Positions 1-11,374 of a stretch of DNA of 64,000 nt are shown here, piece after piece. The notes beneath the pieces are model-generated. The model saw only the letters and a program-made list of their open reading frames with translations, had not been told where the DNA came from and did no database searches. Position numbers and translations under genes: made by a program. Source of the DNA: a virus (taxonomy: Duplodnaviria; Heunggongvirae; Uroviricota; Caudoviricetes); the IMG/VR virus record IMGVR_UViG_3300020714_000006. One strand, written 5' to 3'. How positions within the stretch are numbered: position 1 is the first letter of the stretch; every line of letters begins with the position of its first letter.

Positions 1-3000
1 ATCAACGTCAACTAATGCTGACCATTTATAAAATGATGGTGCCAATACTTGATTGAATTCAGCTAAGCTATAATTTAAAGTTTCTGTATATCTTGGGACA
101 ATATCATCGATATTAAAGATACTTTTATCATAACTTATTTTTATATTATTGTATATTCTTTTTTCTAATTCTAATATTAATGCATCTCTATAATCAGGAG
201 TTCCATTATCGTCATATGTTCCATATGCTAATACTTGACTGCCATCATGTCCCTGAATAATCCATTGTGGAGTGACAAATGATGTATCTTTATATATTTT
301 TGGATCACTGATTGGCCAAATTCCAAGTTTTGACGGTGTTTCAGGAATACAACAGCCATCAGTGTTTTCATATTCATATATGGCTACTTCATCACCATTT
401 ACCAAAGGTATAGTAATTACTATAAATCCTTGTATATTAAAAATATATTCATGATTAACAATTAGTTGAACATCGTTTACATATACCCCAACTGCTTGAT
501 TTGATAAAACAGTTGTATCAAATGGTGTGTTTAATGCAAATTGGTTACTTGTAAACCCAGCAATTATATGTGTTGTTTTAATACTAGCACCAAACGGCGC
601 CATATCACTAAAATAATATGGTGCGGTATTTGGTATATTTTTAGTAATATTTTGTAATATTAAATCTACGTGATTTTTAGTATCAGTATCTACACCAAGT
701 GTTTCAGCAACTGAAATAAAATTTCTTTTAAACTTATTATAATCATCTCTGCTTTGTTCTATAGCTTTTGTAATATTTACAGTATCAGAAGTAAGATGAT
801 ATAATGATATTCCAGATGGTCCACTATGTTTAACAAATTTTGTACCAAATGGTGAAATGTCACCCAAATCACGCAGATTACTTAATCCTGGAAAAACTCC
901 AACAAATATAGATGATAAATTATCAACTATTGAATCAACATGATTAATTACTTCACCTAATGTAAAATTTTTAATAATTCCATTTAATGGATTATTTTGT
1001 AAATTATTTGGAATTTCATAATATCCATTTTTGTTTATTGGCTGAGATGAAAATGTTTTTATTGTTAATATGTCATTTAATTGAATATCAGATAAAAAAT
1101 ATAACGGAACCTGCACAATTTCTGTTGATAATAAAATATCAGCACCAGTTAATGATTTAGATACAGTAAATTCAGTTATACTAGGTATGGAAGATACATA
1201 ATAAATAGTATCAGATATTAAATTACCAAAATCTGAACCAAAAACAATCTTTTGTCCAATAGTAAGTTTAGTAGTATCGCTAATTGTTATTAAATTAGTA
1301 GCAGAATCAGTTGCAGTCACCGTTACATTAGTTGAAGAATTTATCAATACTAATTGTTTGTATAATGGGGTATTTACTAATAGCCAATTTGGTTTGTTTG
1401 TTGTAGTATACTGTTGTAATCTTTCACCATTTATATAAATGCGAACCACTAAATCAGATAAATTTGAAATATCATCAAAAATATCAATATTAAAATTGTT
1501 TGTAATTTTAGAATTTTTATATACTCTTATACCAGCTTGTACTGTAGTAATATTTGATTTTTTCCACCCATTTGTGTAAACATTATTATTAACATAATCT
1601 TTTAATACCAAATAGCCTTTACTGATATTCTTAGTAACAATTTGAGTTGTTTCTTTATAATCAAAAGTATCATTAACAAAATCAAAATTAAATATAATAT
1701 CACCAATGTTATTAATATTTCTATATGATAATGGAAATTTTAACTCAGTATCGACAGTGCCAGTTCCGACTTTATAAGAAAATATATAAGTTCCTTTAAA
1801 ACTAGATCCATTGTAAACCGATACGTCGCTAATACTTACTAAATTATCATCAACTACGTCAAATAACGGGGCATTGTTAATACCATTTTTTTGTTGTGCA
1901 GTAACCCATGTAATGCCATTATACCATAAATATTTTGACATATTATTGGCGCCATCTTTTACATATATTACTTGATTTATTTCTGGGGTTGTTACTAATT
2001 CAAGATGTATTTTAGAATTAATGTATACTATTCTATAAATATTATTTCTTACTAATTCATCTAATTCATTTGTAAAAATAACAAGTTGTCCATCACTTAC
2101 TAATTGATTATCAATATAGAAACCAGCCGATCCCTCAGCGGTTGAAAAAGCATCAGTAGTGTAAACATCTAACAAATTAATATCCATTAACCAATTTGTA
2201 CCAAAATTAAACAATTTTAAGTTTGCTGAAAATTCAATAATTGGTCTAATAGCTCGGTGTGCTTGGTCTAAACTAGATGATGTATTGTTTATCTGATCAC
2301 TTATATTTAAGATATCAGTATGAACCCATCTATTTGCTCTACTCCATGGGTTCTTATCATCACTAGCTTTATTAATCAATATATACTCATGTAAATTTGA
2401 TGTGTTATTAATATAAGTAGATGGGATTAATTGTATTGATGAGCCAACTCCTTCTACATAATAATTTCCAGTGCTATAACTTGCTGGTGTAACATTTCCA
2501 GTAAATGCTACTAACATTCCATTACTTAAGTTATATCCATTTGTTAATTTATAAGTAGATTTTCCTAAAATTTCTTGTTCTATATCAATTATAGTATTTT
2601 GTGAAATCGCTTTTATATTAAAAATACCACCAGCATTTAAGTCAATTTCACTCTGATAAAATAAAGTACTAGGTGCATCATTTCCTACGGTAAATGTTAT
2701 AGTACCATCTTGCACAGCATATCCAGAAATACCACTTAAATATCTATCAGCAGAACCTATTGATCGATTGGTTTTTATACTAAATGGTTGACTAGGACTA
2801 TTAATTTTAAATATATATGTTTGTCCTTTATATAATGTGATTTCAGGATTTTCACTTATACCATTTGGTGTGAATACATATTCTGTGGTATTACCAATAG
2901 TTTTAGTATTAACACTAAATGTACTAATCACCCCAGTTTGTTCACCACCAATATTAATTACAGATGGTGTTAACCAATAATAATTTTGAAAATTTACAAA

Positions 3001-3399
3001 TTTATCCCAGTTAATTTGTGGATCCCAGCTATAAAACTCTTCTGAATTTAATCGTTGATGATCTGAAACATTCCCACCAAATAGTTCTATTCTATTAATA
3101 TAATCTTGATAATCTTTAAAATATGTATTATTACCTTCTTGATCATTAATGACAACTGATGGTTCTAATTGATAATTTTGTCTATCTGAATCAGCAGCTT
3201 TAACAAAAACATCACTACCAATAGTTGCTTTTGCGGTTTGTCTTCCTATATATCCATTTAATTTTGTTACAGTCCCTTGTTGAGACATTTGTTCAACGGT
3301 AGCTTGTAAAAACTTATTATTAGCATCAGTTCTGTATAATCTTGGTAAAAAAGTAGATGCTACATTATTAGTTGCATTTGGATCAACGCTATCTGTCAT
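1..3399 (-). CDS. Large baseplate wedge/virion structural protein (gp7-like position), 3' end runs off the window
   Basis: Not in the ORF track because it has no stop inside the window. ATG at 3399 overlaps the TAA of the gp6-like gene (TAATG). Reads MTDSVDPNATNNVASTFLPRLYRTDANNKFLQAT...QNYQLEPSVV...WDKFVNFQNYYWL. Lies directly downstream of gp6-like. Confidence 0.7.
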   Translation of the reverse strand, partial: MTDSVDPNATNNVASTFLPRLYRTDANNKFLQATVEQMSQQGTVTKLNGYIGRQTAKATIGSDVFVKAADSDRQNYQLEPSVVINDQEGNNTYFKDYQDYINRIELFGGNVSDHQRLNSEEFYSWDPQINWDKFVNFQNYYWLTPSVINIGGEQTGVISTFSVNTKTIGNTTEYVFTPNGISENPEITLYKGQTYIFKINSPSQPFSIKTNRSIGSADRYLSGISGYAVQDGTITFTVGNDAPSTLFYQSEIDLNAGGIFNIKAISQNTIIDIEQEILGKSTYKLTNGYNLSNGMLVAFTGNVTPASYSTGNYYVEGVGSSIQLIPSTYINNTSNLHEYILINKASDDKNPWSRANRWVHTDILNISDQINNTSSSLDQAHRAIRPIIEFSANLKLFNFGTNWLMDINLLDVYTTDAFSTAEGSAGFYIDNQLVSDGQLVIFTNELDELVRNNIYRIVYINSKIHLELVTTPEINQVIYVKDGANNMSKYLWYNGITWVTAQQKNGINNAPLFDVVDDNLVSISDVSVYNGSSFKGTYIFSYKVGTGTVDTELKFPLSYRNINNIGDIIFNFDFVNDTFDYKETTQIVTKNISKGYLVLKDYVNNNVYTNGWKKSNITTVQAGIRVYKNSKITNNFNIDIFDDISNLSDLVVRIYINGERLQQYTTTNKPNWLLVNTPLYKQLVLINSSTNVTVTATDSATNLITISDTTKLTIGQKIVFGSDFGNLISDTIYYVSSIPSITEFTVSKSLTGADILLSTEIVQVPLYFLSDIQLNDILTIKTFSSQPINKNGYYEIPNNLQNNPLNGIIKNFTLGEVINHVDSIVDNLSSIFVGVFPGLSNLRDLGDISPFGTKFVKHSGPSGISLYHLTSDTVNITKAIEQSRDDYNKFKRNFISVAETLGVDTDTKNHVDLILQNITKNIPNTAPYYFSDMAPFGASIKTTHIIAGFTSNQFALNTPFDTTVLSNQAVGVYVNDVQLIVNHEYIFNIQGFIVITIPLVNGDEVAIYEYENTDGCCIPETPSKLGIWPISDPKIYKDTSFVTPQWIIQGHDGSQVLAYGTYDDNGTPDYRDALILELEKRIYNNIKISYDKSIFNIDDIVPRYTETLNYSLAEFNQVLAPSFYKWSALVDVD

Positions 3400-6300
3400 T
3401 ATAAACTCCCGTATGGTGAACTAGTTATAGATTGGTTAGAATTAGTAGAAATGGTTGATGTACCACTTACTGATTTAATGTTAGTTGTAGTAATGCCTGA
3501 TATAATCTCAATATCATTTACAGTGGCACCACTTATAAATAATTGGTCACTATTTGCAGTTATTTCAAATAAACTACCAAAATTTAATCCTGATTGTGTA
3601 GGAACTATTACAAAGCTAACAATATCAGGAGCTAAACTATTGATTACATATGTTGATAGTTCCGTAAAATAAAAATAATCGCCAAAATTCCAATTATCAA
3701 TTGCAAAGAACTGATTAATTGCTGTAATAACACGTGATTTAATATCATTATCAGAAACAACCTGTTCTGGATTTTTAATTACTTTAAAAGTTGCTTGTAA
3801 TTCTGGTATTGCTGTACTACCAAATAAAACCGTATATGAAACTGGGTGATATATAATTTCATCAGATATAGATTTTATTAAATTTAAATTTGGTGAAAGA
3901 GTATTGTATAATTCGTTTGAACTAGGTGGTAATGGTTTTGTAGAAATAGACCCATTTAACCATTGTCTAAAAACAATATCATATTCATTCATTAATACAT
4001 AAACATCAATAATATTACTGGTACCTGGATCAATACGTGAATCATAGTCTGCAGAATGTGTATATTGGAACTTTAAGTTATCTCTACCAATATAAACCTT
4101 ATAATCGAGTGTGGCAGTTAATGTACCAGTTGCATTTAACTGTTTAACAATTCCAGTGTCAATAAAATAAAAATATTGACCAACAGTATAAATTGAAGTA
4201 TTTCCAATCATTGTTTGTGATGCTAAAATTATCACAATATTTGAAGTGTTATCAACATATCTGTAATCATCCTGCCCTGCAGAAATTGAGTATTTCTGTT
4301 CTACAATATATTTGGTTAATGTATTAATATTTGGAGCAACTACTCTATCAAACAATTCTGGATCATCGACTATACCATTATTGTCACTATCTAAAAATGA
4401 AACAACAACTTTTTTAGTATCAATATATCCATCAGATCCAATATATTCTGAAGAAATTTGCCAAATAATATCGTTAGTAAATGTAGAAACGCCAGGAATT
4501 GTAAATGAAATTAAACTAGATATAATATTATATGTTACCGATTTATTTAAAGTTAATGTTACTATCCCATTCGAGGATACGCTTAAATCAGTAACTAATG
4601 TATTTGTGTTAATACCAGTGCCTTCAACAAGCATACCAGAAAATATTCCAATACCACTTGTTATAGTTATACTATAACTACCAGCATTACCAGTTGCAAT
4701 AGTAGATATAACAGATGGATTTGAATTAATATTTAATATTTTAATTAAATCATTTACTACACGGTTAGATTGGCTATCATATATTTTAGTAGTACCATCA
4801 TAATAAAATCTTAATTGCTTATCACTTTCAAATATATATTTTGTTTCACGACTTGTTACAATATATGACCCATTATTAGGAGTAAATAATAGTAACCAAC
4901 TAGCATCAATATTTTTATTTGAATTGTCACCTTGATATCCTATACCAAATGGATCAATAGTATTTAAATTAGAATTTTTTATAATTTCCCATGAACTAGA
5001 TTTAACAGAATATGTTAACCCAAATAGTTCATTTGCATATATCAATCCAATCATTGTTGAAATTGTTGTTGTACTAACAAGCGTGTTTACAAATTTTGGA
5101 ATTATTTTACTAATAGATACAGGATGTTCAACAGTTACTGAACTATTATTAATTACCTCTGTTGTTGTAAACGAACTTGGTATAATTTTATTTAAAGTAT
5201 ACGTGCCATTATTTACGTTAACAACTTCAGCCCATACATAATATGAAGAACCAGTACTAGTGGCATTTCCAAAAACCAATTTATTTTGTAAATTTGTATC
5301 AAAATAATAACCAAGTGGTGCTGAAAATTTAAGTAACGTTCCAATTGTAATATATTGTAAGTCTGGTGAGGTTAATGATGAAACTGTAATTGTTCCTGCA
5401 GAAGTTGTTACATCTGTTGATACTTGATTCCAAGATGCATCAAACCCATCACTCGCGGTATCTTTTATAAAATTTAAATAATAAAAATTTCTTAAATCAG
5501 TATGTTTAAGTATATCAAATATTGTATTATAGATGACTCTTGTAATATCATCTTTTGTAATATAAGAAAAATTAACGGTTGGTGTATAGTTTTCTGTATA
5601 AATTACACCATCATCTGCAAATAAATTAGTAGAACTATATTTACTAGTTGGATCTACTAAATCAAAATATCTGCTAATGCCACTTGATGTTCTATTAACA
5701 GACAACACTTTTAATACTTGTTGGTTTGCACTTAGTGGACTTATATTATAATCTTCACCTGTTATCATACGATTTTGCGTATAATATACTTGTGGTGCAT
5801 TTGTTTTGATACTAGTATTTGATTCAGATGGCGAAGAATTAGATACAGATGTTGTCAATGCCAATGTTACAGTTAATGTATGCAATTGTCCAAGTGCAGA
5901 AATATATGGAATATCTACTGATACATTTCTAATATCTTGTGTATTAATAACGTATGATAATCCATTACTTATTCTATAATATACTCTAAAAGAACCTTGT
6001 GGCAAATTACCAAAGGTACCATCACCAAATGTTAAACTTACTTCATCACCAGCTTTTGTAATAGCACCATATATTGAATTTACATTATTATTAATGCTAT
6101 TGTATATTACATTATTACCGTTTAAATTAGGAACCTGTGTCCATAATGTTTGTTCAACACCAGACATATCTAATTGATATAACCATACATCATTATTATT
6201 AATATTTGGTGTATTAATATCAATAGATTCATTTGAACTTGGTTGATTAATAGTAAAAGTGCCGGTGTTTAGAGATCCTTGTGTAAAATTAAAGAAAAAC

Positions 6301-7058
6301 CCAGAACTTAGACTTCCAGCACCTTGTCCATCATCACGATATATACAAGCTACACTATTGCCAACACTCGGTGGTTCTTCGTATATAAAAGATTCACCTT
6401 TAAATGTAGCACTAGTAATTTCAAAATTCATTGAAGTACCAGATACAACTTTATTAAATGAATATACAGGAACATCAGTATTTGCTGCCTGAAATCTATA
6501 CTGTGATGTAGGAATACCATAAATGGTAGCATTATCAGCTGCATTACCAAATTGTTGGGTTGATGGCATTGCTGCATTCATGATTCTTATGAATTGATCA
6601 TACCAATTTTGATTTGATACATCATTCCAAGTGATTACTTGATTCGCTAAATTTCTACCATTACTATCTATTACAGATTCAGTTGTTTGCACAGATGTAA
6701 ATTTTAATAGGCCACTTGCTGGTATGTTTCGTTTAGCATTATAACTAATTACTCTAGATAATCTTAAAATACTATCTCGTCTTTCAGCTAATTCTAAGAA
6801 GTTTTCACGAGCATTTAAATCTACTCTGAACGCAATGTTCTGTCCTAGAAATGCAATGAGATCAATCAATGCCAAATATTCAGAACTTTCAATGTAATCA
6901 TTGAAATCCTCTGGATAGTTTTGTCGTAAATAATTAACCATTGTACGTCGAAGATTTTCGAAATCGTAACTTTGGAAATCAGCATTACGGAATGACTGAT
7001 ATATTTTTGTCCAGTTTTCAGCGACTAAAAGTCTATTTTCTCTATCGGTTGCGCTCAT
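3399..7058 (-). CDS. gp6: Baseplate wedge subunit, T4 gp6-like (extended)
   Basis: N-terminal DFENLRRTMVNYLRQNYPEDFNDY...LIDLIAFLGQ...ENFLELAERRDSILRLSRVISY and APQVYYTQNRMITGEDY are gp6/baseplate-J motifs. Follows gp25-like. Confidence 0.85.
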   Translation of the reverse strand: MSATDRENRLLVAENWTKIYQSFRNADFQSYDFENLRRTMVNYLRQNYPEDFNDYIESSEYLALIDLIAFLGQNIAFRVDLNARENFLELAERRDSILRLSRVISYNAKRNIPASGLLKFTSVQTTESVIDSNGRNLANQVITWNDVSNQNWYDQFIRIMNAAMPSTQQFGNAADNATIYGIPTSQYRFQAANTDVPVYSFNKVVSGTSMNFEITSATFKGESFIYEEPPSVGNSVACIYRDDGQGAGSLSSGFFFNFTQGSLNTGTFTINQPSSNESIDINTPNINNNDVWLYQLDMSGVEQTLWTQVPNLNGNNVIYNSINNNVNSIYGAITKAGDEVSLTFGDGTFGNLPQGSFRVYYRISNGLSYVINTQDIRNVSVDIPYISALGQLHTLTVTLALTTSVSNSSPSESNTSIKTNAPQVYYTQNRMITGEDYNISPLSANQQVLKVLSVNRTSSGISRYFDLVDPTSKYSSTNLFADDGVIYTENYTPTVNFSYITKDDITRVIYNTIFDILKHTDLRNFYYLNFIKDTASDGFDASWNQVSTDVTTSAGTITVSSLTSPDLQYITIGTLLKFSAPLGYYFDTNLQNKLVFGNATSTGSSYYVWAEVVNVNNGTYTLNKIIPSSFTTTEVINNSSVTVEHPVSISKIIPKFVNTLVSTTTISTMIGLIYANELFGLTYSVKSSSWEIIKNSNLNTIDPFGIGYQGDNSNKNIDASWLLLFTPNNGSYIVTSRETKYIFESDKQLRFYYDGTTKIYDSQSNRVVNDLIKILNINSNPSVISTIATGNAGSYSITITSGIGIFSGMLVEGTGINTNTLVTDLSVSSNGIVTLTLNKSVTYNIISSLISFTIPGVSTFTNDIIWQISSEYIGSDGYIDTKKVVVSFLDSDNNGIVDDPELFDRVVAPNINTLTKYIVEQKYSISAGQDDYRYVDNTSNIVIILASQTMIGNTSIYTVGQYFYFIDTGIVKQLNATGTLTATLDYKVYIGRDNLKFQYTHSADYDSRIDPGTSNIIDVYVLMNEYDIVFRQWLNGSISTKPLPPSSNELYNTLSPNLNLIKSISDEIIYHPVSYTVLFGSTAIPELQATFKVIKNPEQVVSDNDIKSRVITAINQFFAIDNWNFGDYFYFTELSTYVINSLAPDIVSFVIVPTQSGLNFGSLFEITANSDQLFISGATVNDIEIISGITTTNIKSVSGTSTISTNSNQSITSSPYGSL

Positions 7059-7076
7059 GATATATCCTAATATCTA

Positions 7077-7084
7077 TATTTATA
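7077..7084 (-). promoter_or_regulatory. T4-type late promoter TATAAATA for the gp6-like gene
   Basis: TATTTATA on + strand = TATAAATA on -, 18 nt upstream of the ATG at 7058, with AGGA SD in between. Confidence 0.65.
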
Positions 7085-7105
7085 GATTTTGATAAACTAC
7101 GTATA

Positions 7106-7534
7106 TTATTGTGCTAATAGACCATTACTTTGGTCAAACTTCAATGTTAGCTGTTCAGAAATGTTGTATGGAAGGTACGTTAATACACATTCTATTTGCA
7201 ATCCACTATCATATTGTGTTACTATGACATTTTGGGCAGTTATGCGTGGATCATAATTTACAATTTCATTAACATTCTGTAATATAAGATCTTTTGTCTG
7301 TTCAGTCAATGGTTCAAATAACATATCCCATATTATAGTACCAAATGTTGGATTCATTAATCGTTCACCTTGTCGAATATAAAAGTGATTTAACAAATCT
7401 TGCTTAATCAATGCAAAATCATATAATTTAAAATTTTCGGTATCTGCACTAACAGTACTAAAACCTTTATACATTTGTGATGTAATTGGTTGTGCTTTTC
7501 CTATTATTGAAGTTTTTGTATAGATTGTAGACAT
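7106..7534 (-). CDS. gp25: Baseplate wedge subunit gp25-like (GPW/gp25)
   Basis: LIKQDLLNHFYIRQGERLMNPTFGTIIWDMLFEP...YDPRI is the canonical gp25 motif. Confidence 0.9.
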   Translation of the reverse strand: MSTIYTKTSIIGKAQPITSQMYKGFSTVSADTENFKLYDFALIKQDLLNHFYIRQGERLMNPTFGTIIWDMLFEPLTEQTKDLILQNVNEIVNYDPRITAQNVIVTQYDSGLQIECVLTYLPYNISEQLTLKFDQSNGLLAQ

Positions 7535-7537
7535 ATG

Positions 7538-8986
7538 TTATCCTGTTACTTTATTAAAAGTATCTGTTATAGTAGTATATTGTCCAAATAATTTTGGAAC
7601 AGGTGGTGGTGGATCATTTGGTTGTGGAATATACGCACCAGTTTTATCTGGTGTGAACAAACTTGGATCAAGATTTTCATGATTATTCCAAGGTTCAACT
7701 TGCGGTACCCGTCTTGGTATAGGAGCATCACCAGCAACGGCAGCAGCTGGTCCATTCATATATATTTTAGCAGCAGTTTCGACATGATTACCACCTGCAC
7801 TTATATTACTATTACCACCAACTGTTATCAAACCATTTCCACCAGCTTTGATAGAATGGTTAAATCCTACTGAACAATTAAAATTTCCAGCAGCATTTAA
7901 ATTAATATTACGTCCAGCCTTAAAATTTATATCTCTATCAGCAGTAACATTTAAGTCATTTTTTGTATGGATACTAATACTGTCATCAGCATATATGTCG
8001 ATTTTTCCATTACTGGTGAGTTCTATCCAAGTAGTTCCTTTTGCATTTCCAATATAAATTAGATCTTCAGAATTATGTAATAAAATCTGATGACCAGTTC
8101 TAGTTCTAATTCGTACTAACTCATTATGCGGTATAGTTACGTTGCCAGATGTATCACCTTGCTCTACTGCTGCATATTCCGGTGCTCCACTACTTGCTGG
8201 TGTTTTTCTTAGAAACTTATCATCACCATCATCCATTACAAACGAAGTACCACCAAGATGACTTACTGGAGCATTGTTTATAGCACTATCATATCTACCA
8301 ATTCGACCAGTTTGTGCATTTGGTTGTTTATCAAATGGCCCAGGGGTGCTTATTCCAAATACCATACTAGGTGTTTCTCGTCTAGCACTACTAGTTGTAA
8401 TACCACGTATATCATCTATAAGCAATCCTTGATTCTTTAAAACCGAGGTAAATGGATGTATTGGTTTAATAAACTTTGTTGGATCTGTTCCATTTTGTGT
8501 TTTATTCTTATTATATTCTGCTACTGGCACTCTGCCTGGCCTACCAGCACTATCTGGAGTAGCTGTTCCATCAACATTTTGTGTTGCAGCATTTCCAGGA
8601 GTCATGAAATTCATTTTTCCATCAATAACTCCACCAATCCAATAGCCTTTTGAAATATCTCCATCAACAAAAATTACAATAACTACTGACCCAACATCAG
8701 GAGGGGTCATCCACATCCCATAACTTTTCTGTGTATTATCATACGTATCGGTATCATTATAAACGTAATTTATATCAGTTGTTCCCCAAAACGGGCTTAA
8801 ATATGAAACTGGGATTATTTGTCCACCAGTAGTGTTATTTCCTGCACCAGGTCTTAGTAATTGAACTTGTAATCGTCCCATATAGTCAATATCAATGTTA
8901 CTAACCACCACCGCACGACATGGTAATATACTTTGTATTTCAGGTGGAATTGATCGCTGCGTACCACTATTAATATCTTCTGCCAT
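7538..8986 (-). CDS. gp5: Baseplate central spike, gp5/VgrG-like (OB-fold plus short beta-helix, no lysozyme domain seen)
   Basis: AVVVSNIDIDYMGRLQVQL...YGMWMTPPDVGSVVIVIFVDGD...YWIG OB-fold motif; RTRTGHQILL and short beta-helix repeats near the C-terminus. Confidence 0.8.
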   Translation of the reverse strand: MAEDINSGTQRSIPPEIQSILPCRAVVVSNIDIDYMGRLQVQLLRPGAGNNTTGGQIIPVSYLSPFWGTTDINYVYNDTDTYDNTQKSYGMWMTPPDVGSVVIVIFVDGDISKGYWIGGVIDGKMNFMTPGNAATQNVDGTATPDSAGRPGRVPVAEYNKNKTQNGTDPTKFIKPIHPFTSVLKNQGLLIDDIRGITTSSARRETPSMVFGISTPGPFDKQPNAQTGRIGRYDSAINNAPVSHLGGTSFVMDDGDDKFLRKTPASSGAPEYAAVEQGDTSGNVTIPHNELVRIRTRTGHQILLHNSEDLIYIGNAKGTTWIELTSNGKIDIYADDSISIHTKNDLNVTADRDINFKAGRNINLNAAGNFNCSVGFNHSIKAGGNGLITVGGNSNISAGGNHVETAAKIYMNGPAAAVAGDAPIPRRVPQVEPWNNHENLDPSLFTPDKTGAYIPQPNDPPPPVPKLFGQYTTITDTFNKVTG

Positions 8987-8988
8987 TC

Positions 8989-11373
8989 TTATAATCCTGT
9001 GTTAGTTGGTGTATTTAATTTTGGAGTAACTGCCGATGAAAATGTATTAGTTGCTCCTTGGGTTAGTGTTACCCCAGCCAATCCATATCCTTGATTAGAA
9101 GTTGATGTATTAAATTTTGGACTGATTGCTGATGAAAAACTATTTGTTATCCCTGGTGTTTGTATACCAGGTGGCAAATCAGGAGATAATCCAGTATTAA
9201 CTAATGAATATTTGTCTGATGTCAACGTCGATGATGCTTTAAATGGTGCTGTATTATCTTGTCCTTGCATTCTATTAGCAACAATTTCTTGCGTAAATTT
9301 TCCAGATTTAAATCTATGTTGTACTCGTAATAATTGAAACAATCCACTAAATTGATGACATAAAGTTGAATTTTTAAGATTGTATAATCCAGTTGTTTGG
9401 TTAATATCAGTAGGAGTTCTAAAATTAATATTAATGTGAACTTCTCCATTTTGATAATTTGCACTTCCGTCTTTTGTTATATTTTTTTTATCCAATTGGG
9501 TATCTGTAAAATTACCTAAACCACTAGTTGATATATAATATGGATCACCTATTATTTCAAATGTGACCTGTTGCATATCCAAATTTTTTATCATAGCATC
9601 ATGAAATAATTTTGCAGCCCTTGAACCTACAGTATCGCCACTTGTTCCACCTTTATTATCCAAAGATAATACAGTATTAACATATTTTGTAGAAGCAACT
9701 GCTGATCCAAGTTTTACATTTGAATCTCCTTCTGGAGCATTTAATGAAGAATTATTCTTCTGTATTTCAACAAGATCACCGGTTTTCTTTGCAGATTCTA
9801 CATCACCAGTCAATTGTGACAAATCCGCCATTTGAAGATTAAAAAATGATTGAGACATTTCAAAGTCAAACTTTATTAAATCTACATTTTTACCACTATA
9901 CATATAGCTATACTCTTTTACTACCTGTTTTTTTAATTCAGCTAATCCAGGTGCAGTTGCGTTTGGTGCCAAGATATTACTGGCATGTGCTTCATATGGT
10001 ATAATTCTGTAAACTATTAATTTTGGCACTGCACCAGTTTTTGATATGTTTGAATTAGACGAAATATGATATACTTGTGTATCAACTTTCCATTGTGTTC
10101 TCATACCATCTGGTGATAAGTTGTTAGATGCCATCGTATCAATTGCAAATTCACTTTTCATTATTACTTGATTTATTGCATTTATAATATCAGAACCTTG
10201 TGCAAAATTAAAAGAACATTCAGGTTGTGTTTTATTGGTTTTTGATCTATCAACTACTTTTGCTTTTTCATTCCATAGCAAATCATCTGGTTTAAATGGT
10301 GTTGTGCCAGATATGGTTGAACTTATATCTATCTTAGATTTCCCTATAAAATTACAAGTATTGCTTAATTGAATTAAAGAAGAACTTGTTGAACTTCTTG
10401 ATACACCTAATGATTTGAAAATTGTTTCGTCCTGTGCTTTAGTAGTATCGGCAGTAGCTGTTGTATTATTTTCTGTTCCACCAGGGGCAGTAACAGAAGA
10501 AGTTGCACCAGTTGTAGAAATATCAACCGGAAATAAAATAAGTATTTCATCAGCAACTTTTACCGTGCCCAATGTTACAGCTTCTTTATACCTAGCATTT
10601 ACTACTTGCTGTAAACTGTTTTCACCACTTTGTAATAATTCTTGGACAGTTTTACCAACTAAGCTGACCTCATTTTTTAATTTTGTGTAACTATCATTCA
10701 ATGCTTGCCCAGCCGATGAAGTAGCAGCCATATGCCAATAGCTTCCTTTTTCGTCCACCTTTAAATTACTTTTTGTAAATATTATAGGAATATACTTCTT
10801 TGTATTTGGAATGGATAGCATTTGTCCATTTTCAGTATTTCCTTTAAATTCAATGACTAATAAAAATACAGCTTCATACCATACTGCATAATTTTGTTTT
10901 GCAGCTGCTAATTGCAGAACTTGTATAAACATTCCCATACTATACGGTTCTATTACATTAAATTCTAATGTTGTAGGAGTAGTATTACCAGAATCCGGGG
11001 TGAACCCTGCAGATCCGTCAATTGTTAATCCATCTATATAAAAATCATATTTCCCGCCATCTACTAATTGTATTCTATTAGTAGGATCGGCATTTGCTGA
11101 TTTACATATTAATGGTGGTAATTTTCCGATTAAATAAGATTTGGCAGGAAAATTGTAACTATCTGCATCAAGACAATATAACGATATTACATAATTATAT
11201 GTTGCATAATTATGTAATGGATTTGGTAATGGCAACTTTAACTCTGATGATGTGACACCAGAACTTACAGAACCAAATAAATCATTTTTTATAAATCCAG
11301 TTATAGCAGCTACTGGGTTTAAATCCATTATAGACGTTGTGCTAGAAGTTGAACTAGTAGTTGCTCCGGCCAT
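8989..11373 (-). CDS. Baseplate hub protein (gp27/Mu gp44-like)
   Basis: Sits between gp53-like and gp5-like. C-terminal FEIIGDPYY...FSGLFQLLRVQHRFKSGKFTQ resembles hub proteins. Confidence 0.6.
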   Translation of the reverse strand: MAGATTSSTSSTTSIMDLNPVAAITGFIKNDLFGSVSSGVTSSELKLPLPNPLHNYATYNYVISLYCLDADSYNFPAKSYLIGKLPPLICKSANADPTNRIQLVDGGKYDFYIDGLTIDGSAGFTPDSGNTTPTTLEFNVIEPYSMGMFIQVLQLAAAKQNYAVWYEAVFLLVIEFKGNTENGQMLSIPNTKKYIPIIFTKSNLKVDEKGSYWHMAATSSAGQALNDSYTKLKNEVSLVGKTVQELLQSGENSLQQVVNARYKEAVTLGTVKVADEILILFPVDISTTGATSSVTAPGGTENNTTATADTTKAQDETIFKSLGVSRSSTSSSLIQLSNTCNFIGKSKIDISSTISGTTPFKPDDLLWNEKAKVVDRSKTNKTQPECSFNFAQGSDIINAINQVIMKSEFAIDTMASNNLSPDGMRTQWKVDTQVYHISSNSNISKTGAVPKLIVYRIIPYEAHASNILAPNATAPGLAELKKQVVKEYSYMYSGKNVDLIKFDFEMSQSFFNLQMADLSQLTGDVESAKKTGDLVEIQKNNSSLNAPEGDSNVKLGSAVASTKYVNTVLSLDNKGGTSGDTVGSRAAKLFHDAMIKNLDMQQVTFEIIGDPYYISTSGLGNFTDTQLDKKNITKDGSANYQNGEVHININFRTPTDINQTTGLYNLKNSTLCHQFSGLFQLLRVQHRFKSGKFTQEIVANRMQGQDNTAPFKASSTLTSDKYSLVNTGLSPDLPPGIQTPGITNSFSSAISPKFNTSTSNQGYGLAGVTLTQGATNTFSSAVTPKLNTPTNTGL

Positions 11374-11374
11374 A

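Noticed and set aside
272-454. 60-aa plus-strand ORF
   Set aside because: Lies antisense within the large minus-strand ORF 1-3399 that the ORF track missed.
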